A stretch of 63,469 nucleotides of DNA, counting the filler, from Conidiobolus incongruus B7586 (lineage: Eukaryota), in NCBI GenBank assembly GCA_000697335.1. It is 18 parts of 18 records of this genome, joined end to end, with 100 filler letters (N's around TTAATTAATTAA, not from the genome) between each part and the next. Parts side by side here need not be neighbours in the genome. Positions count along the whole stretch, not along the records: positions 1 to 5,185 come from JNEM01005815.1; positions 5,286 to 12,422 come from JNEM01005818.1; 16 more parts are not named here. The stretch is one strand, 5' to 3'. Below, in pieces: positions 1 to 12,522 of this stretch. The notes beneath the pieces are model-generated. The model searched no databases. It had not been told where the DNA came from and worked only from the letters and a program-made list of their open reading frames with translations. Positions within the stretch are counted from its first letter, which is position 1, and every line of letters starts with the position of its first letter. The position numbers and the translations under genes were made by a program.

Positions 1-3000
1 AATAATAAATTTAAATTTTATATTATAAATAGATATATAATTAAATTATATTATTTAATAAGTTTTTTGTCCGTATTTAATTTACCTATATTGAAATATA
101 GACTTATTTTATTTTAATAATTATTATTTTAATATAATAGAAAACTATAATTAATACTTTCAATTATAATAATTTCAAATAATTAAAAAAATTATCAAAA
201 TTTTACAATATTTTAATATAATTATAATTTATTTAGGATGTTAATTAAAGTTTTATATTTGATAAATTATATATATATTTCAGTATAGCCTAAATTACCT
301 TAAAATTAACCTTAAAATTTACTAAAATTATACTTCATAGTTTAGTTTATAATATAATTAATAAATAAAAATGATTATTAAATAAATACTGAAAAAAAAT
401 TCTTAAACCCATTTATTAATTCTGCTCTTTAATATTTTGGGACTATATCTGTCAGATTTTAATTATTATTGAGTCTTTGTTCCACAATATGCAATTTGTC
501 CCTTTCTATCTTTGTCATTCCTGGATTGAAATAATTTATTCAATAAATGTAACAGGATTTATATAAAATCTAGCAGACAAAACGAAGGGTATCGTTTAAT
601 TATGTACTGATAAAGCAAGTTTGCATTAAGAATAATATTGACTTGGCTATCAAATTGCCACCGACAGATATTTTTGAATTAAAATATTAGAAATGAAATC
701 ATTACTCTATATACTAACTGATTCAAATTTATTTAAGCAATATTCCAATATGATATTATAATTTATGTGAAAATAAATATTTAAACCATTAGTAATAAAT
801 TGATTAAAGGAATAATATATACTATTAAATAAAGAATATTATTCAGTTTAAATATATATCTAAATAAGATAATATAATTGAAGTTATGATTAATCTTTTA
901 TAAGTCTTAGTTTGATAAATTGGAGGATAAAAATGAGTTAATTAAATGGCGTAATTCTAAAATAATATCATTGAATATATAAATATTAATATTTATGTTT
1001 TTAAATTATTTATTATTAAAAAATAATTGCTCTTAATTTCTATATATCTTTCTTTAATAGAATTAAATTTTTATAAATTATATTGTATTACAGAATAATA
1101 TCAACTTTATATTAAACTTTGTAATTTTATTAAAATGAATATTTAATCTATTATTTCAATATTTAAACTTATATAGGTAAATTAGATATATTAATTCATT
1201 AAAAAATTAAACTATTATGAAAGATTCTGTTAAATAAAATAGATTATTATAATAAAATATTATTTATTGACTTTAGTATGAAATATAATACATTCAAAAA
1301 GCCCTGAGTATTAATATTATCATATTTTAAACATATAAACCATCTGGAATTTTTACTAAATTTTTTATTATTTTGTAAGAGCTTTATAATAGTGATTTTC
1401 AAATTTGCAAAAATAAAAGTAATAATATCAAGTTTTTTACCTATTTACATTTTTTCAAAGAAGATAATTAATTTAGAATGTATATAGATGATTTTATTGT
1501 GAAAAAAAATCAATGAATTATCATTTATCAAAAAGTATATTTTATTATATTTAATTTATTGTTCTTATTTATTGATGCATTAATTTTTGAACATTTGTTG
1601 AATTTTTATATCAGTATATAGTTTGAGTTCGAATTTAAAAAGAAAATGAATTAATTTTTATATATCTTAAGAGTTGAGAGTAATATATATTTTTAAATTA
1701 AGATTGATACTAATATATAATATTCCTGATTCGCAATATTAATATTTATCGAATTGAATTGTTATATATAATATTATATACCAAATAACATAATTTTGGA
1801 ATAATTGCTAAATTACGCCAATTAAATAATCAACTTATATTAAAATAATAGAGAAAGAATTATAAACAGAGTGATTATTATAATAAATATTATTATAACA
1901 TTCAATTAACTTGACAAATAATATTGGCTTGAAAATACTGAAATACTTTCAATTTGGATGGATATATATTAAATTAATCATAAAACAATTATCAATTTGA
2001 ATATCAATGGAAAATATCAAACAATAGTATATCAAAAGTATGGTATTTAATTAAATCACGAACTGTATAATGATAATCATAATTCATTTTCATGAATATT
2101 CAAAATTTTTATAATTTCTAATACATATATCAGTTTTTATTATATTTTGAATTTTTTACAATTTAACTTGAACTACACTAGTTTGAAAGTAATTTATTCA
2201 ATTCAACTCAAAGTCTAGATACTTCAAAAACTGATATTTTCACTAGATAAGTCATTGTTTGTTTGATATATTGGAATTTACATTTGTTATATTGAATTCG
2301 ATTATAATTAAATCATCAAAAATTTCAATCTATTAAATCACTATATTCTAGTTTTTTCCATAAGATTAGATAAAATAGAATTTCATAGTTAAGGCAATAT
2401 ATTTATAATTATTGTCATTCAAATCTCCAATTTTAAGAAAAAATTAATTCTGGAAATATATGAATTTGAATAAATTTGGCAAAGTAATCATTCTCAATAT
2501 ATAGCTGTGCAAATATTTAATAATAAAGAAACTGTTAACTCAATAAAATTTAACTCTGTTTTGGAATTTTATAATTATGATTAACTAGGAAATATGATTT
2601 AACAATGTGCTAAAGATGAATTATGGATTACTATAAGTTGATGATATCATTTAGGAGTCAGTGGAATGGTTAGGATAATACTGATGCTAGTAGAGTTGAT
2701 AATATATGGCTGCTGATATCTATCAAATTTAATATTTAAATTATTTTTGGAGATTAATATGTTGTTATTTGTAACCAATTCAATGATTCAAACTTTGTTT
2801 TCAAATGAATCATTTAAGTCACTCAATTAGGAAATTATTAAATTTCTTATCAACTCTATACAAGCCCAATTTAGAATTATACGCTTATGATGCAAAATTT
2901 AAGCCTACAATTAAAAATAAACTCAATTTACCAATTAATAAAGTTGATGAATGATTATTAACATTCAATGTAATACCCTTAATAGATTTTATAAAACCTA

Positions 3001-3817
3001 GAATATATAATTGAAATTTCAAATTATTCAAGAATCAAATTGTGAAATACTTTAAAAGTTTCATTCATTAGGTATTCGAATTGTGATAAAGTTGTTAAAA
3101 AGATTATCCAATTTAGAAAAATTTAAACAAAGTCCACTTAGCCAACTCATCATTGCAAGTTAAAATAACACCCATTCCGAATCTATTAAATGGGATAGAT
3201 AGCAGTTTGTTATACTTTAACCTCTTTACAATTGTTAATCTATGATAATTATAATAGCTTACTATTAGAAATTACGACCCATTCTATATTCTCCACCTCA
3301 AAATCCCAATAAGTTTAAATTCAACTGAAACTTAATCACTCCCAATCTCCAAACTTGGAAATTCAGGTGGCATTTTCAACATTTTATAAATCTCGAAAAT
3401 TTCCTATCTGAATCAAATCTCACACTGAATTAGATTTAATTTTTTTTTCAGTCCGAATCCAATTTGATAATTTGAAAATTGCGGTGACTAAATTTGATAT
3501 ATTAACTGTGTAAAATAGGTTTGAAATATTTTTTGATATTTATCCTTTTTCTTTTTTATTATTATTATTTTTATAATAGTTAATTATTAATTTTAATATT
3601 AATATAGTTTTTATTTATAATCAGATTATTATTATTTATTTATTTTTAATCAAAAGAAACTATAAAAAAATAAATTAGTTTTTTTTTGTATTGCTGTATT
3701 ATTTATTATTTTAAATTATAATATTTCTAAATTATAACTGAAATATTATTCATTATTAAAAAATAGCATTTAATTTAGTATCACACAAATCTATATATAT
3801 AATTATAAAACAATAAA

Positions 3818-5185
3818 ATGTCAACGCTATTCGACCAACTATTCAACCCCAACTCTAATTCAACCGTTCCTCAAGTACCAGAACCGATCAGATATTACAA
3901 ACCTTTTTGGATCAATTTCGCTGGTTCTTTAGCTCTAAGTGCTTTCGTAAGTTTAATATGTATGATAATTCACGAAGCTCTCCGAAATAGGTCAGACTGG
4001 AGGAATTTGTTCGCTGCTAGATGTTATCTACCCAAGTAATTTTTTAAAAAAAATTATTTTTATTTAAATTTGGCTAATTGTTTTATTTAGGAACCCAGCA
4101 CCGCCGACGAGTTCGAGGTGGTTCGGGTGGATAGTCAGAAGTTATAGGACGACGGAACACGAAATACTAAAGAGTGTAGGGTTAGATGCTGTAATGTATA
4201 TACGATTTATAAAATTAGGGTTACAATTATCTTTGGTGGGTCTACTAGTTATTCTTCCTATTGTACTACCGATAAATTATAGCTATTCCGCTGAAGAAGA
4301 GAGGCAAAACACTTTTAACTCTTATTCTATAATTTCTCTAAGAAATAGAAATCATTCTAATTTACTCTGGGTGCATTATGTTCTCATCTCACTATTTACT
4401 CTGTTGGCTCTATATTTGGTACATAAGAATAGTGTAGATTTTGTCAGACTTCGACGATTACAATATATGGAAGAAGTGAAATTGAGTAATCCCAGATGTC
4501 GTACTGTAATGATAACCCATTTACCTCAAGAATTACAAGACGACGAAAAATTTCGGGAGTATTTTGAAAATTTGGGTTTAGGGAGTGTTCAGTGTACTCA
4601 ACTTATTAGGTACCCTACAAAATTGATAGAGTACTTGGCAAGAAGGAAGAAAGCTCTTTTGGAGTTAGAAATTGCCCATATTCAGTTGTGTAAAAATTTT
4701 TTATTGGCTATTCAGCAGAAGATACTCACTCGAGAGAGTTTTGAAAGTGTAGATAATTTGACCGAATATTATCAGTGTGTGAATTATTTGAAACAGTTCA
4801 AGCATAAGGAGGTTGCTCCCCTGCCGGTGACTCAGACAGATTTGAATCATAATGTGGACGATCCAGAAGCTGGTCCGGTCCAAAATAATTACGAGCTTCA
4901 AGAGGGTGAAACGATCTGGGATGTTTTGGCGCGTATCAATCCTCAATTGCTGGATCCCTTCCAGCCTGAGCATCGTACCAAGTATAAAACGGGGAAATTG
5001 ACAAAGAGTGTGGATTATTGGTTGAATAAGTTAGGGTATTTGGATCGCAGAATTTTCGAATTGAGAGACCCTACTCAAATTTCTCACCGATTTGCACCTT
5101 CGAGAACTGGATTTGTGACTTTTGAGCAGTGTAGCGCTGCCCAACTGTGCGCCCAGAGTATTTTGCACTCGGATATTGAGCACTG
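3818..5185 (+). CDS. OSCA/TMEM63/CSC1-family calcium-permeable stress-gated cation channel (Rsn1/Phm7-like), 5' part only; exons 3818-4035 and 4091->5185, runs into an assembly gap
   Basis: Intron 4036-4090 (GTAAT...GCTAAT...TTTAG) joins two ORFs in frame: ...RCYLPK|NPAPPTSSRWFGWIVRSYRTTEHEILKSVGLDAVMYIRF. Family motifs GLDAxxYxRF, ILPIVLPIN, LWVH, RTVMITHLP and GFVTF...AAQLCAQ are present. The C-terminal 7TM domain is absent from the visible sequence. Confidence 0.9.
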
Positions 5186-5285
5186 NNNNNNNNNNNNNNN
5201 NNNNNNNNNNNNNNNNNNNNNNNNNNNNNTTAATTAATTAANNNNNNNNNNNNNNNNNNNNNNNNNNNNNNNNNNNNNNNNNNNN
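5186..5285. other. Assembly gap with artificial TTAATTAATTAA linker (first of 17 identical 100-nt gaps)
   Basis: The same N-TTAATTAATTAA-N block starts at 5186, 12423, 22408, 26697, 28262, 29884, 31946, 33093, 34391, 39888, 43499, 47164, 48913, 51483, 58891, 60596 and 61962. The linker puts stops in all six frames. Confidence 0.97.
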
Positions 5286-6321
5286 TTAAAATTATTTAAA
5301 ACTTGTAAATAGTTTATAAAGTTAATGTTTTATCCAAAACTATTATATATTATTAAATTTGTAATTTTAAAGATAAAAAGGATATTATTTAAAATTTGTT
5401 AAAATTTAAAAAATTAATTTCTATTATTATTCTTTCATTTAGTAATAAAGTAAAAAAATATTAAGCAATATTTTTTTATTTTAGTTAAAGAATTATTAAA
5501 GCAATTTAATATTAAATACATATACATATTATATATATTTAAGTTTAAACTTAAATTAATTAATAAAAATATATAATAGATATTATATAATTTAATAAAA
5601 GCTTAAAAAAACTAAAGTAATTATAGTTAAACTAAACTTATTAATATACAAATAAAAATAAAGGATGTTATAATAAATACTTATAATTAATAAATCTTAA
5701 CTTCCTTTATATAATTTTTTACTTAAAAATAAAACAAAATATTAAATTAAGCTAAATTAATCCTCTTTATAAATTTTAATAAATAAACATTTTAAATATA
5801 AATGAATATTAATTATTATAATAAAATATAATGGTATATAGTTTTTTTATTTAATACCTCAAAGAAAATCAATTAATAGTAAATTATATATTATTTTTTT
5901 AAATAAAAAAATTTTTAAATAATATTTTTAATAAAATTTAAAATACTTAATATTTAGTATTATAATTAAAAATATATATAAAGTTAAAATTATAAAAAAT
6001 TATTAAAAAACTACCAATTTTAATATATTTACTAAATTATAACTTATATTATTATAGTTGCTTGAAACAATTAATAAACTAGCTTATAAGAAAATAATTC
6101 CTATAAGAAAATTTAATTGGTTTATAAAATATCAAATTTTAGTTTTTAATAAAAAGAATTGTTTTTTAAATATTAAGAGTTTGTTAAAAGATTAGCAAAA
6201 AGTTATTAATAATAAAAAAACTATTAAATTAATATTATATATTTATTTTTATAGATTATATATCAAAATGTTTATTTATTTTCAATTGCAAAAAATTCCC
6301 ATTATTTAAATTACCAAGTAA
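5286..6321 (+). mobile_element. Degenerate mariner (DD34D) transposon, 5' end lost in gap
   Basis: Colinear with the copy at 20095-21403. Right end TTGCAAAAAATTCCCATTATTTAAATTACCAAGTAA is followed by TA. Confidence 0.85.
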
Positions 6322-8326
6322 TATATCATGAAATATTGATTAGATTTTGATATTATAATATTAAATATTATTTAACACAAACTAAATTATTTTATTATAT
6401 AATTTTTTTATAATATTTTTTATCAATAAATAGAAACTGAAATTGAAAATCTTTAATTAATGATATATTCAAATATATTTTGATTAAAATAAAATATTTT
6501 AAATTGGTTGAAAATTATTTAAGAGGATTAAAATTAATTAATGAGTGCAATTGATAGAAAACTGAAAATGCTATCGAATGCTATGAAGTTCAATGTATAA
6601 TTTGACTTGAATTTTGATGGTAGCATGTCTTGGGAAAGCTGTGTTCAGATTAGTTTAGATGAATAGAAAATGATCTCGGGAATTCCAAATAAGTGTTAGG
6701 GAAATAGGGGTTTATTGGTTTAAGTCAAATAGCTGGGAGGACCCGGATCGAACTCATTTCTTCGAGCGTAGCTCTAATTCCAGTCTTTATATAGAGTGAA
6801 TTTAGTAATGTGTTTTATGAGCTTTTCCGGTGACTTGCATCATCAGCCAATTAAGTAATAGCGTGAAAGTATCTGGTATGCAAGGGAGAAATGAATTCAA
6901 CATTAGGTTGATATAAGGATACTTAGGTAGAAGAAAGTCACCTGGCTCGTGTCAATGACATTGAACCATTTGGTGGAATGGAAATACTCCGAACAAGTAG
7001 TAATTCGTCTATGATTTCAGCAAAGGCTAGAATAGTACAAAGTAAAGTATCTTTATGACATCCTCCTGGAGAGGGCTTTGATGGGACTATTGCAGAGTGT
7101 ATAATACTAAACTATTTGGTCACCAACTTGGGGCCTGTGATTAGGAGTATCAGGCATAATGGTAAAGATACAATGTATGAGAAATATGATAGCTGAACAA
7201 AATTTCTATATTTCAATTTACTTGATGAATTATTGTTATAATTAGAATCAAGGATTTAATAATTTTATACTTGATCAATCGAAATCAGATGTTAAATACC
7301 TAAATAAATTAACCAATCATAATTTCTGGTATTCAAAAATAAGTTTGAATCAAACTTAAAATTGAAAATTAATCAAATTTTTTTGAAATACATTTTAATT
7401 TATTATAATTGACAAATATTATTTTTATTATTACATTATTATTAGTCGAAAATTTTGAAATTGGCTTAATTAGAGTGAATACTAATATAAGGGGATTTTA
7501 TCAGATTCAACAATTTTATCTCGAAATTATAAAATGAGTATATATTTTATATAAGCGTATTTCAAAAAAATAATTCCTATTAATATAAATAGTATATTAT
7601 TGCTTGAATTAATCTTTTTTTTTATTTTTTTTAATATATAAACTGAATAATAGTCGCTATAATTTGGTTTTAGTTGGTTGGATTCAATTAAAGGGCAAAT
7701 ACCTTCTATTGAACTTTAAATGGCCATTTGTTGGATTAATTATCAGAAATAATCTAATAATTTAATAATTTGGTATTGGGTTTATAAAATTGTTGTTCTG
7801 CCGATTAGTAGTAGAATGTTTATGATATGGAAGATAATGGCTTCCTTGCGGCTTGTTTGATAGTTTGTGTTAAAGTATCTTGTTAGGGTTTGGTAAGGAT
7901 TTAATGGGCTTCACAGAAGATCGGAGGTGATATTGAAAGTGTATCTTGACAATGGCTCTTTTATAGATCGTTAGTCGGTCTTTGAATTGTAAAAAATAAT
8001 ATATATTTGCAGAAAAACCAAACCTTAAAGCAGTGCGATGTATATTCCGGGACTATATCTCCATAAGTAACAGATTGCTAGATGAAGCTAGTCAGGCAGG
8101 TTACTATCTTAATAACTACAAATTTAAGTTTTATTATATTAAATAATATTCAATTTAATACTTTATTTCAGCACCATTTATAAAGATATAATTTTCAAAA
8201 ATTTTATCAAATATTTTCAAAATTTATTATATTAGTAAATTGAAAATTATAACAAAAATTAACAATGTGAAAGAATTAAATTTTTAGTTATACAATATAT
8301 TTTTATTTAATAAAAAAATAAATTAA

Positions 8327-11011
8327 TTAATTTTGAAATTTTTTGATAGATTCCATCATAGTTTGCACAATTTTTAACTTACTCACATTTTGTAATTTTC
8401 TTTTGGCTTTTTGCTCTTGTTCTTTGCGAACTAATAGCTTGTTGCGAATACGACGAGATGGATGATATTTACCAATCTTCATACTAAAATCGAAGTTGTA
8501 GACAATTACTTTGGTCACATCAAGTACGAAGGTGTATAATACGGACATCGCGAAGATGACAACGACGTATTCGATACCAATGCGTTCGACGAAATTGGGA
8601 ATGCCGAGAGTGCATACGAGCGTTGCAATTGCTTGGGTGCTGAGGACTGCTGCAGCAAATATGAGCGATGGGATGTTAGTCCACATGTAACTGTTGACTC
8701 TAGTAGAGAAAATAAGGAGTTGTGGACTTGACGCGAGCTGGAAGAAGGTAAGAGTCTGGAGACGTCCATCAGAAATACCAAAGCCGAAGCGGAAAACGAG
8801 CCAATGGATTAAACTCCAAATAGTAAGCAAAATTGCAAAAATAACTGAAAGTCCCAAGAGTTGAAAAATGCGCCATCTTGTAGGTTTGGGAGCTACGGGA
8901 ACTTGATCAATAGAAACGACCAGAGTTGCCAAATTAATTAACATAATGATCAAGATCAAAAGTAGAGGTGACATGCTCCAATCAAAGGAAAGCATAATGA
9001 TGAAAAAGAAAAAGACAACGTGAAGTGCGGTGGAAATACTAAATAACGCATAAGCTCTCATACGGTGAAACACTTGACGAGACACCGTGATACCATTGAC
9101 AATTGTGGATAAACCGTGATCCAAAAGAACAATATCTGCGGCCGAACGAGCTGCATCAGTAGATCCGTGGACAGCAATACCAACATTAGCTTTTCTCAAA
9201 GCAGGAGCATCATTAACACCATCACCAGTCATTCCTACAATGTTACCAGGAGTTTGCAACAATTCAACTACTCTGTACTTATGTTCAGGGATGACATGAG
9301 CAAATCCGTTACATTTGAGGCATCTTTCAATTAGTTCTTCTTCAGAAAGGGTCTCATCCATTAATGATTCTGGATTTAGAATTACACGCTGCATATCCAA
9401 TCGACGAGCAACTTCTTTAGCAATAATTCCTTGATCACCGGTAATCATCTTAACATCGACACCCAAATGGCGACATTTGGCGATTGTGTCCTTGGAGTCT
9501 GGACGTGGAGGGTCTACAAATGAAATCATGCCAACAAGTTCCCAGTCATCATTTCCCAAGTTAGTTTTAGCGATAGCGAGTGCACGCAAACCGCGGGATG
9601 CGAATTCGTCAACCTGGGCAAAATCTTCGGCCGTTGCTGAGGCCATCTTAAGGATGACGGGAGGTGCACCCTTGCAAACTCGGAAGGCTTTATCACTGGA
9701 TTCATGACGTACAACAGCTTCGGTTCGTTTAGCCGTAGGATTAAATGGGGTGAAGCTCATGATCTTATAGTCGGGTAATTGTTGTTGATCAGGGCTTGCA
9801 AGGGATGGGATCTTTTCTCTGGCACCATCTCTCACAGCAGTTTCAATAGGATCTTTGGTACCAGCTTCAGATGCAAGAAATGCATACTTCATCAATTGCT
9901 CTTCGGTATATCCATTGGCTATATATGGTTCGTCGAGGGTTAACTCGGAGAGAGTAATTGTACCAGTTTTATCAGAGCAGAGAATGGACATAGCAGCGAA
10001 CTCTTCAATGGATGTCAATCTCTTGACAATGACTTTCTTAGCAGCAAGTTGATTGGCTCCAACTGCGAGTGTTGCAGAAAGGATAGTTGGGAGTCCGGCG
10101 GGAATGGATACAACTGCTAATACAATCACATTCTCAATAATATCCATGATCTTGTCAACTCCACGACGCACAATATTTACAATGAAAATGATCAACACTA
10201 AAGTGACAGCAACTAGTACTAATAAATTTCCAATTTGTTGAATGATTTTTTGAAAGTGGCCTTGAGATACAGGTGCTTGATTGATCAAATGTGCAGTTTT
10301 TCCGATGAAAGTATTCATACCAATATGCACAACTATACCCATCATTTGTCCTTGTTTAACAATGGTAGAAGAATAAGCATACTCGTCTTTGTATTTGTTG
10401 ACAGGAAAACTTTCTCCAGTAAGAGCAGCTTGATCCAAACTTAAGGGATCAGAAGTAGGTTGAGCAAAGTTATTTAATCCAAGTAACTTGATATCAGCTG
10501 GAACAATATCACCAATTCTTAATACAACAATATCTCCTGGTACTAGCAATTCAGAATCTACTTCGTCGTATTTACCATCGCGCCATACCTTGGTTCTAGT
10601 AGCGAGTGTTTTTTCAAGGGCTCTAATGGACACCTCAGCCTTGTGTTCCTGATAAAATCCAATAACTGCATTCAAAACGAGCAAACCGCACAGAATACCC
10701 ACATTGGGCCAATCGCGGGTTACAATAGACAAAATAGTAGCGAGTTCAATCAAAAAAGAAATAGGATCAATGAAAAATTTAATAAATTTTAAAAATCGAT
10801 TCTGTTTAGGTCTCTCTAAACAGTTCAACCCAAATTGATGTCTTCTCTCCTCTACCACAGACTGGGTCAACCCATGATTCACATCAGTGTTCAACAACAA
10901 TTCGTGCTCGGGAGTCAATTGGATAAAATTCTCCTTAAATTCGGCCTGATTATCACTCTTGGAAGTGTTTTTATTCATACTTGAAGGATTTTGATCATTT
11001 GGAATCGTCAT
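8327..11011 (-). CDS. P-type ATPase, P3A (plasma-membrane H+-ATPase, Pma1-like) subfamily, 894 aa, intronless; atypical at the ion-binding site
   Basis: Motifs LVPGDIV, DQAALTGES, M4 IPAGLP, CSDKTGT (D347), FTPFNPTAKRT, KGAP, DPPRPDS, VKMITGD and MTGDGVNDAPAL, with about 10 TM segments. Confidence 0.95.
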   Translation of the reverse strand: MTIPNDQNPSSMNKNTSKSDNQAEFKENFIQLTPEHELLLNTDVNHGLTQSVVEERRHQFGLNCLERPKQNRFLKFIKFFIDPISFLIELATILSIVTRDWPNVGILCGLLVLNAVIGFYQEHKAEVSIRALEKTLATRTKVWRDGKYDEVDSELLVPGDIVVLRIGDIVPADIKLLGLNNFAQPTSDPLSLDQAALTGESFPVNKYKDEYAYSSTIVKQGQMMGIVVHIGMNTFIGKTAHLINQAPVSQGHFQKIIQQIGNLLVLVAVTLVLIIFIVNIVRRGVDKIMDIIENVIVLAVVSIPAGLPTILSATLAVGANQLAAKKVIVKRLTSIEEFAAMSILCSDKTGTITLSELTLDEPYIANGYTEEQLMKYAFLASEAGTKDPIETAVRDGAREKIPSLASPDQQQLPDYKIMSFTPFNPTAKRTEAVVRHESSDKAFRVCKGAPPVILKMASATAEDFAQVDEFASRGLRALAIAKTNLGNDDWELVGMISFVDPPRPDSKDTIAKCRHLGVDVKMITGDQGIIAKEVARRLDMQRVILNPESLMDETLSEEELIERCLKCNGFAHVIPEHKYRVVELLQTPGNIVGMTGDGVNDAPALRKANVGIAVHGSTDAARSAADIVLLDHGLSTIVNGITVSRQVFHRMRAYALFSISTALHVVFFFFIIMLSFDWSMSPLLLILIIMLINLATLVVSIDQVPVAPKPTRWRIFQLLGLSVIFAILLTIWSLIHWLVFRFGFGISDGRLQTLTFFQLASSPQLLIFSTRVNSYMWTNIPSLIFAAAVLSTQAIATLVCTLGIPNFVERIGIEYVVVIFAMSVLYTFVLDVTKVIVYNFDFSMKIGKYHPSRRIRNKLLVRKEQEQKAKRKLQNVSKLKIVQTMMESIKKFQN

Positions 11012-12341
11012 ATTTGCAATTTTGCAAAATTCATCAAAGTTAAAACGATTAGAATTTTACCAAGTCAACACGGTTACCATTACATCTATTTATATCTCAA
11101 CAATCAAACCCGAATGGACAATTTCTAACTAAAAAGGCAATTTAGGGGAATATTCATTACTACGAAACTTTATTTAAATTTAATCAATTTCTAAATTATT
11201 TAATTGAACTGATTTCCCTAATTAGGTAATTTTAAGGCAAAATTATTTTTTAATCAATTTTAACTTATTAAATAATTTGTGATCAAGTAAAGAGATTGCC
11301 ATTCAGAATCTATAATATTAATTTTTTTTTGGATTAAATTGATGTATTTTGGGATGCTTAGTGATACTGGATATATAATAATATAAAATATAATCTTATT
11401 ATAAATTGATAAATAATAAATAAGTTTATATATTAAAAGGACAATATTCTATTAGTATATAAATAAACATTGTAAAAGCATTTATTAAATTATGATAATA
11501 ATTAAATAATATTATAGTTATATTAATATTATATTAAAGAGTTATTTTTAAAATATTTAATTATTTCTTTTTAATTTTAAAAATATCAGAATTAATAACT
11601 CAAAATAATTTGAAAAATTAATTTAAAATTACAGCAATCAGGAGTGATATCATAGAATAAAAAAATATAACTAATTATTATTATTATTAAAGGAATTTAA
11701 TTTTGATTATTTATATTAAATCCAGAAATATTTTGTAGCTTTTTTCAATATTAATTTTCACAGTTAATCATTAGATAGATTTAGTATTTTGAGAATTATT
11801 AATTTAATTAATTGGTAGATAAATAAAATATTTAATTTTTTGATAATATTTAAATAAATTTTGAATTATAAATAAAAGATATTTTTTAAAGCTAATCTTT
11901 ACAAATACATAAATTGGAATTAACCTTAATAAAATAACTATAATTTTGAAATATTTATATATCAAATAAAAAATCAAAATATCAAAATACTCTGATATTT
12001 TTTATATTAATCATTTTTCTTATTAAAATTAAGATTCAAATATTTTTTTAAAAATGCAATATAAAGTTTGATAATAAATAAATCTTATAAATTAATATAG
12101 ATTCAACTTGTATAAATATTTTTTTATTTATTAAATATATCAGATTCTCTAATTTTATTAAAATATGAACTAGAAATTTAATATAAATTATATAAAATTT
12201 AATTCAAAAAATAAATAATTAAATTACTTAAATAAAAGATTATATATAAATTATATATATTTGATAAGTTAATTATTTAAAAAATATCTTTATATTTATA
12301 TAAATATCAAAATTAATATAATATAACTATTGCTTATTTTA

Positions 12342-12422
12342 TTGCCTTAGGTTTAAAAAAATAAGAAATTTTTTAATTTTTGACCTTTTTAAAATAATAT
12401 TAATTTTAATAAAATTATATAT
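12342..12422 (+). mobile_element. Mariner 5' terminal fragment (diverged), cut by gap
   Basis: TA|TTGCCTTAGGTTTAAAAAAATAAGAAATTTTTTAATTTTTGA resembles the left TIR at 20095 and 31751. Confidence 0.6.
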
Positions 12423-12522
12423 NNNNNNNNNNNNNNNNNNNNNNNNNNNNNNNNNNNNNNNNNNNNTTAATTAATTAANNNNNNNNNNNNNNNNNNNNNN
12501 NNNNNNNNNNNNNNNNNNNNNN

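Noticed and set aside
941..1826. Short inverted match TGGCGTAATT (about 947) / AATTACGCCA (about 1811) as possible MITE ends
   Set aside because: The match does not extend convincingly, and there is no TSD or second copy in the window.
4701..4973. 90-aa minus-strand ORF
   Set aside because: Antisense shadow of the CSC1 exon.
5230..5241. Recurrent TTAATTAATTAA between N runs, superficially like a regularly repeated element or array
   Set aside because: Identical artificial scaffold linker in every gap. It also creates the false stop of ORF 4194-5237.
6735..6790. Possible tRNA from the GTTCGATCC motif on the minus strand
   Set aside because: No T-stem pairing or cloverleaf could be built.
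8515..10444. Several short ORFs overlapping the ATPase
   Set aside because: Antisense or alternate-frame shadows of a conserved gene, with no independent motifs.
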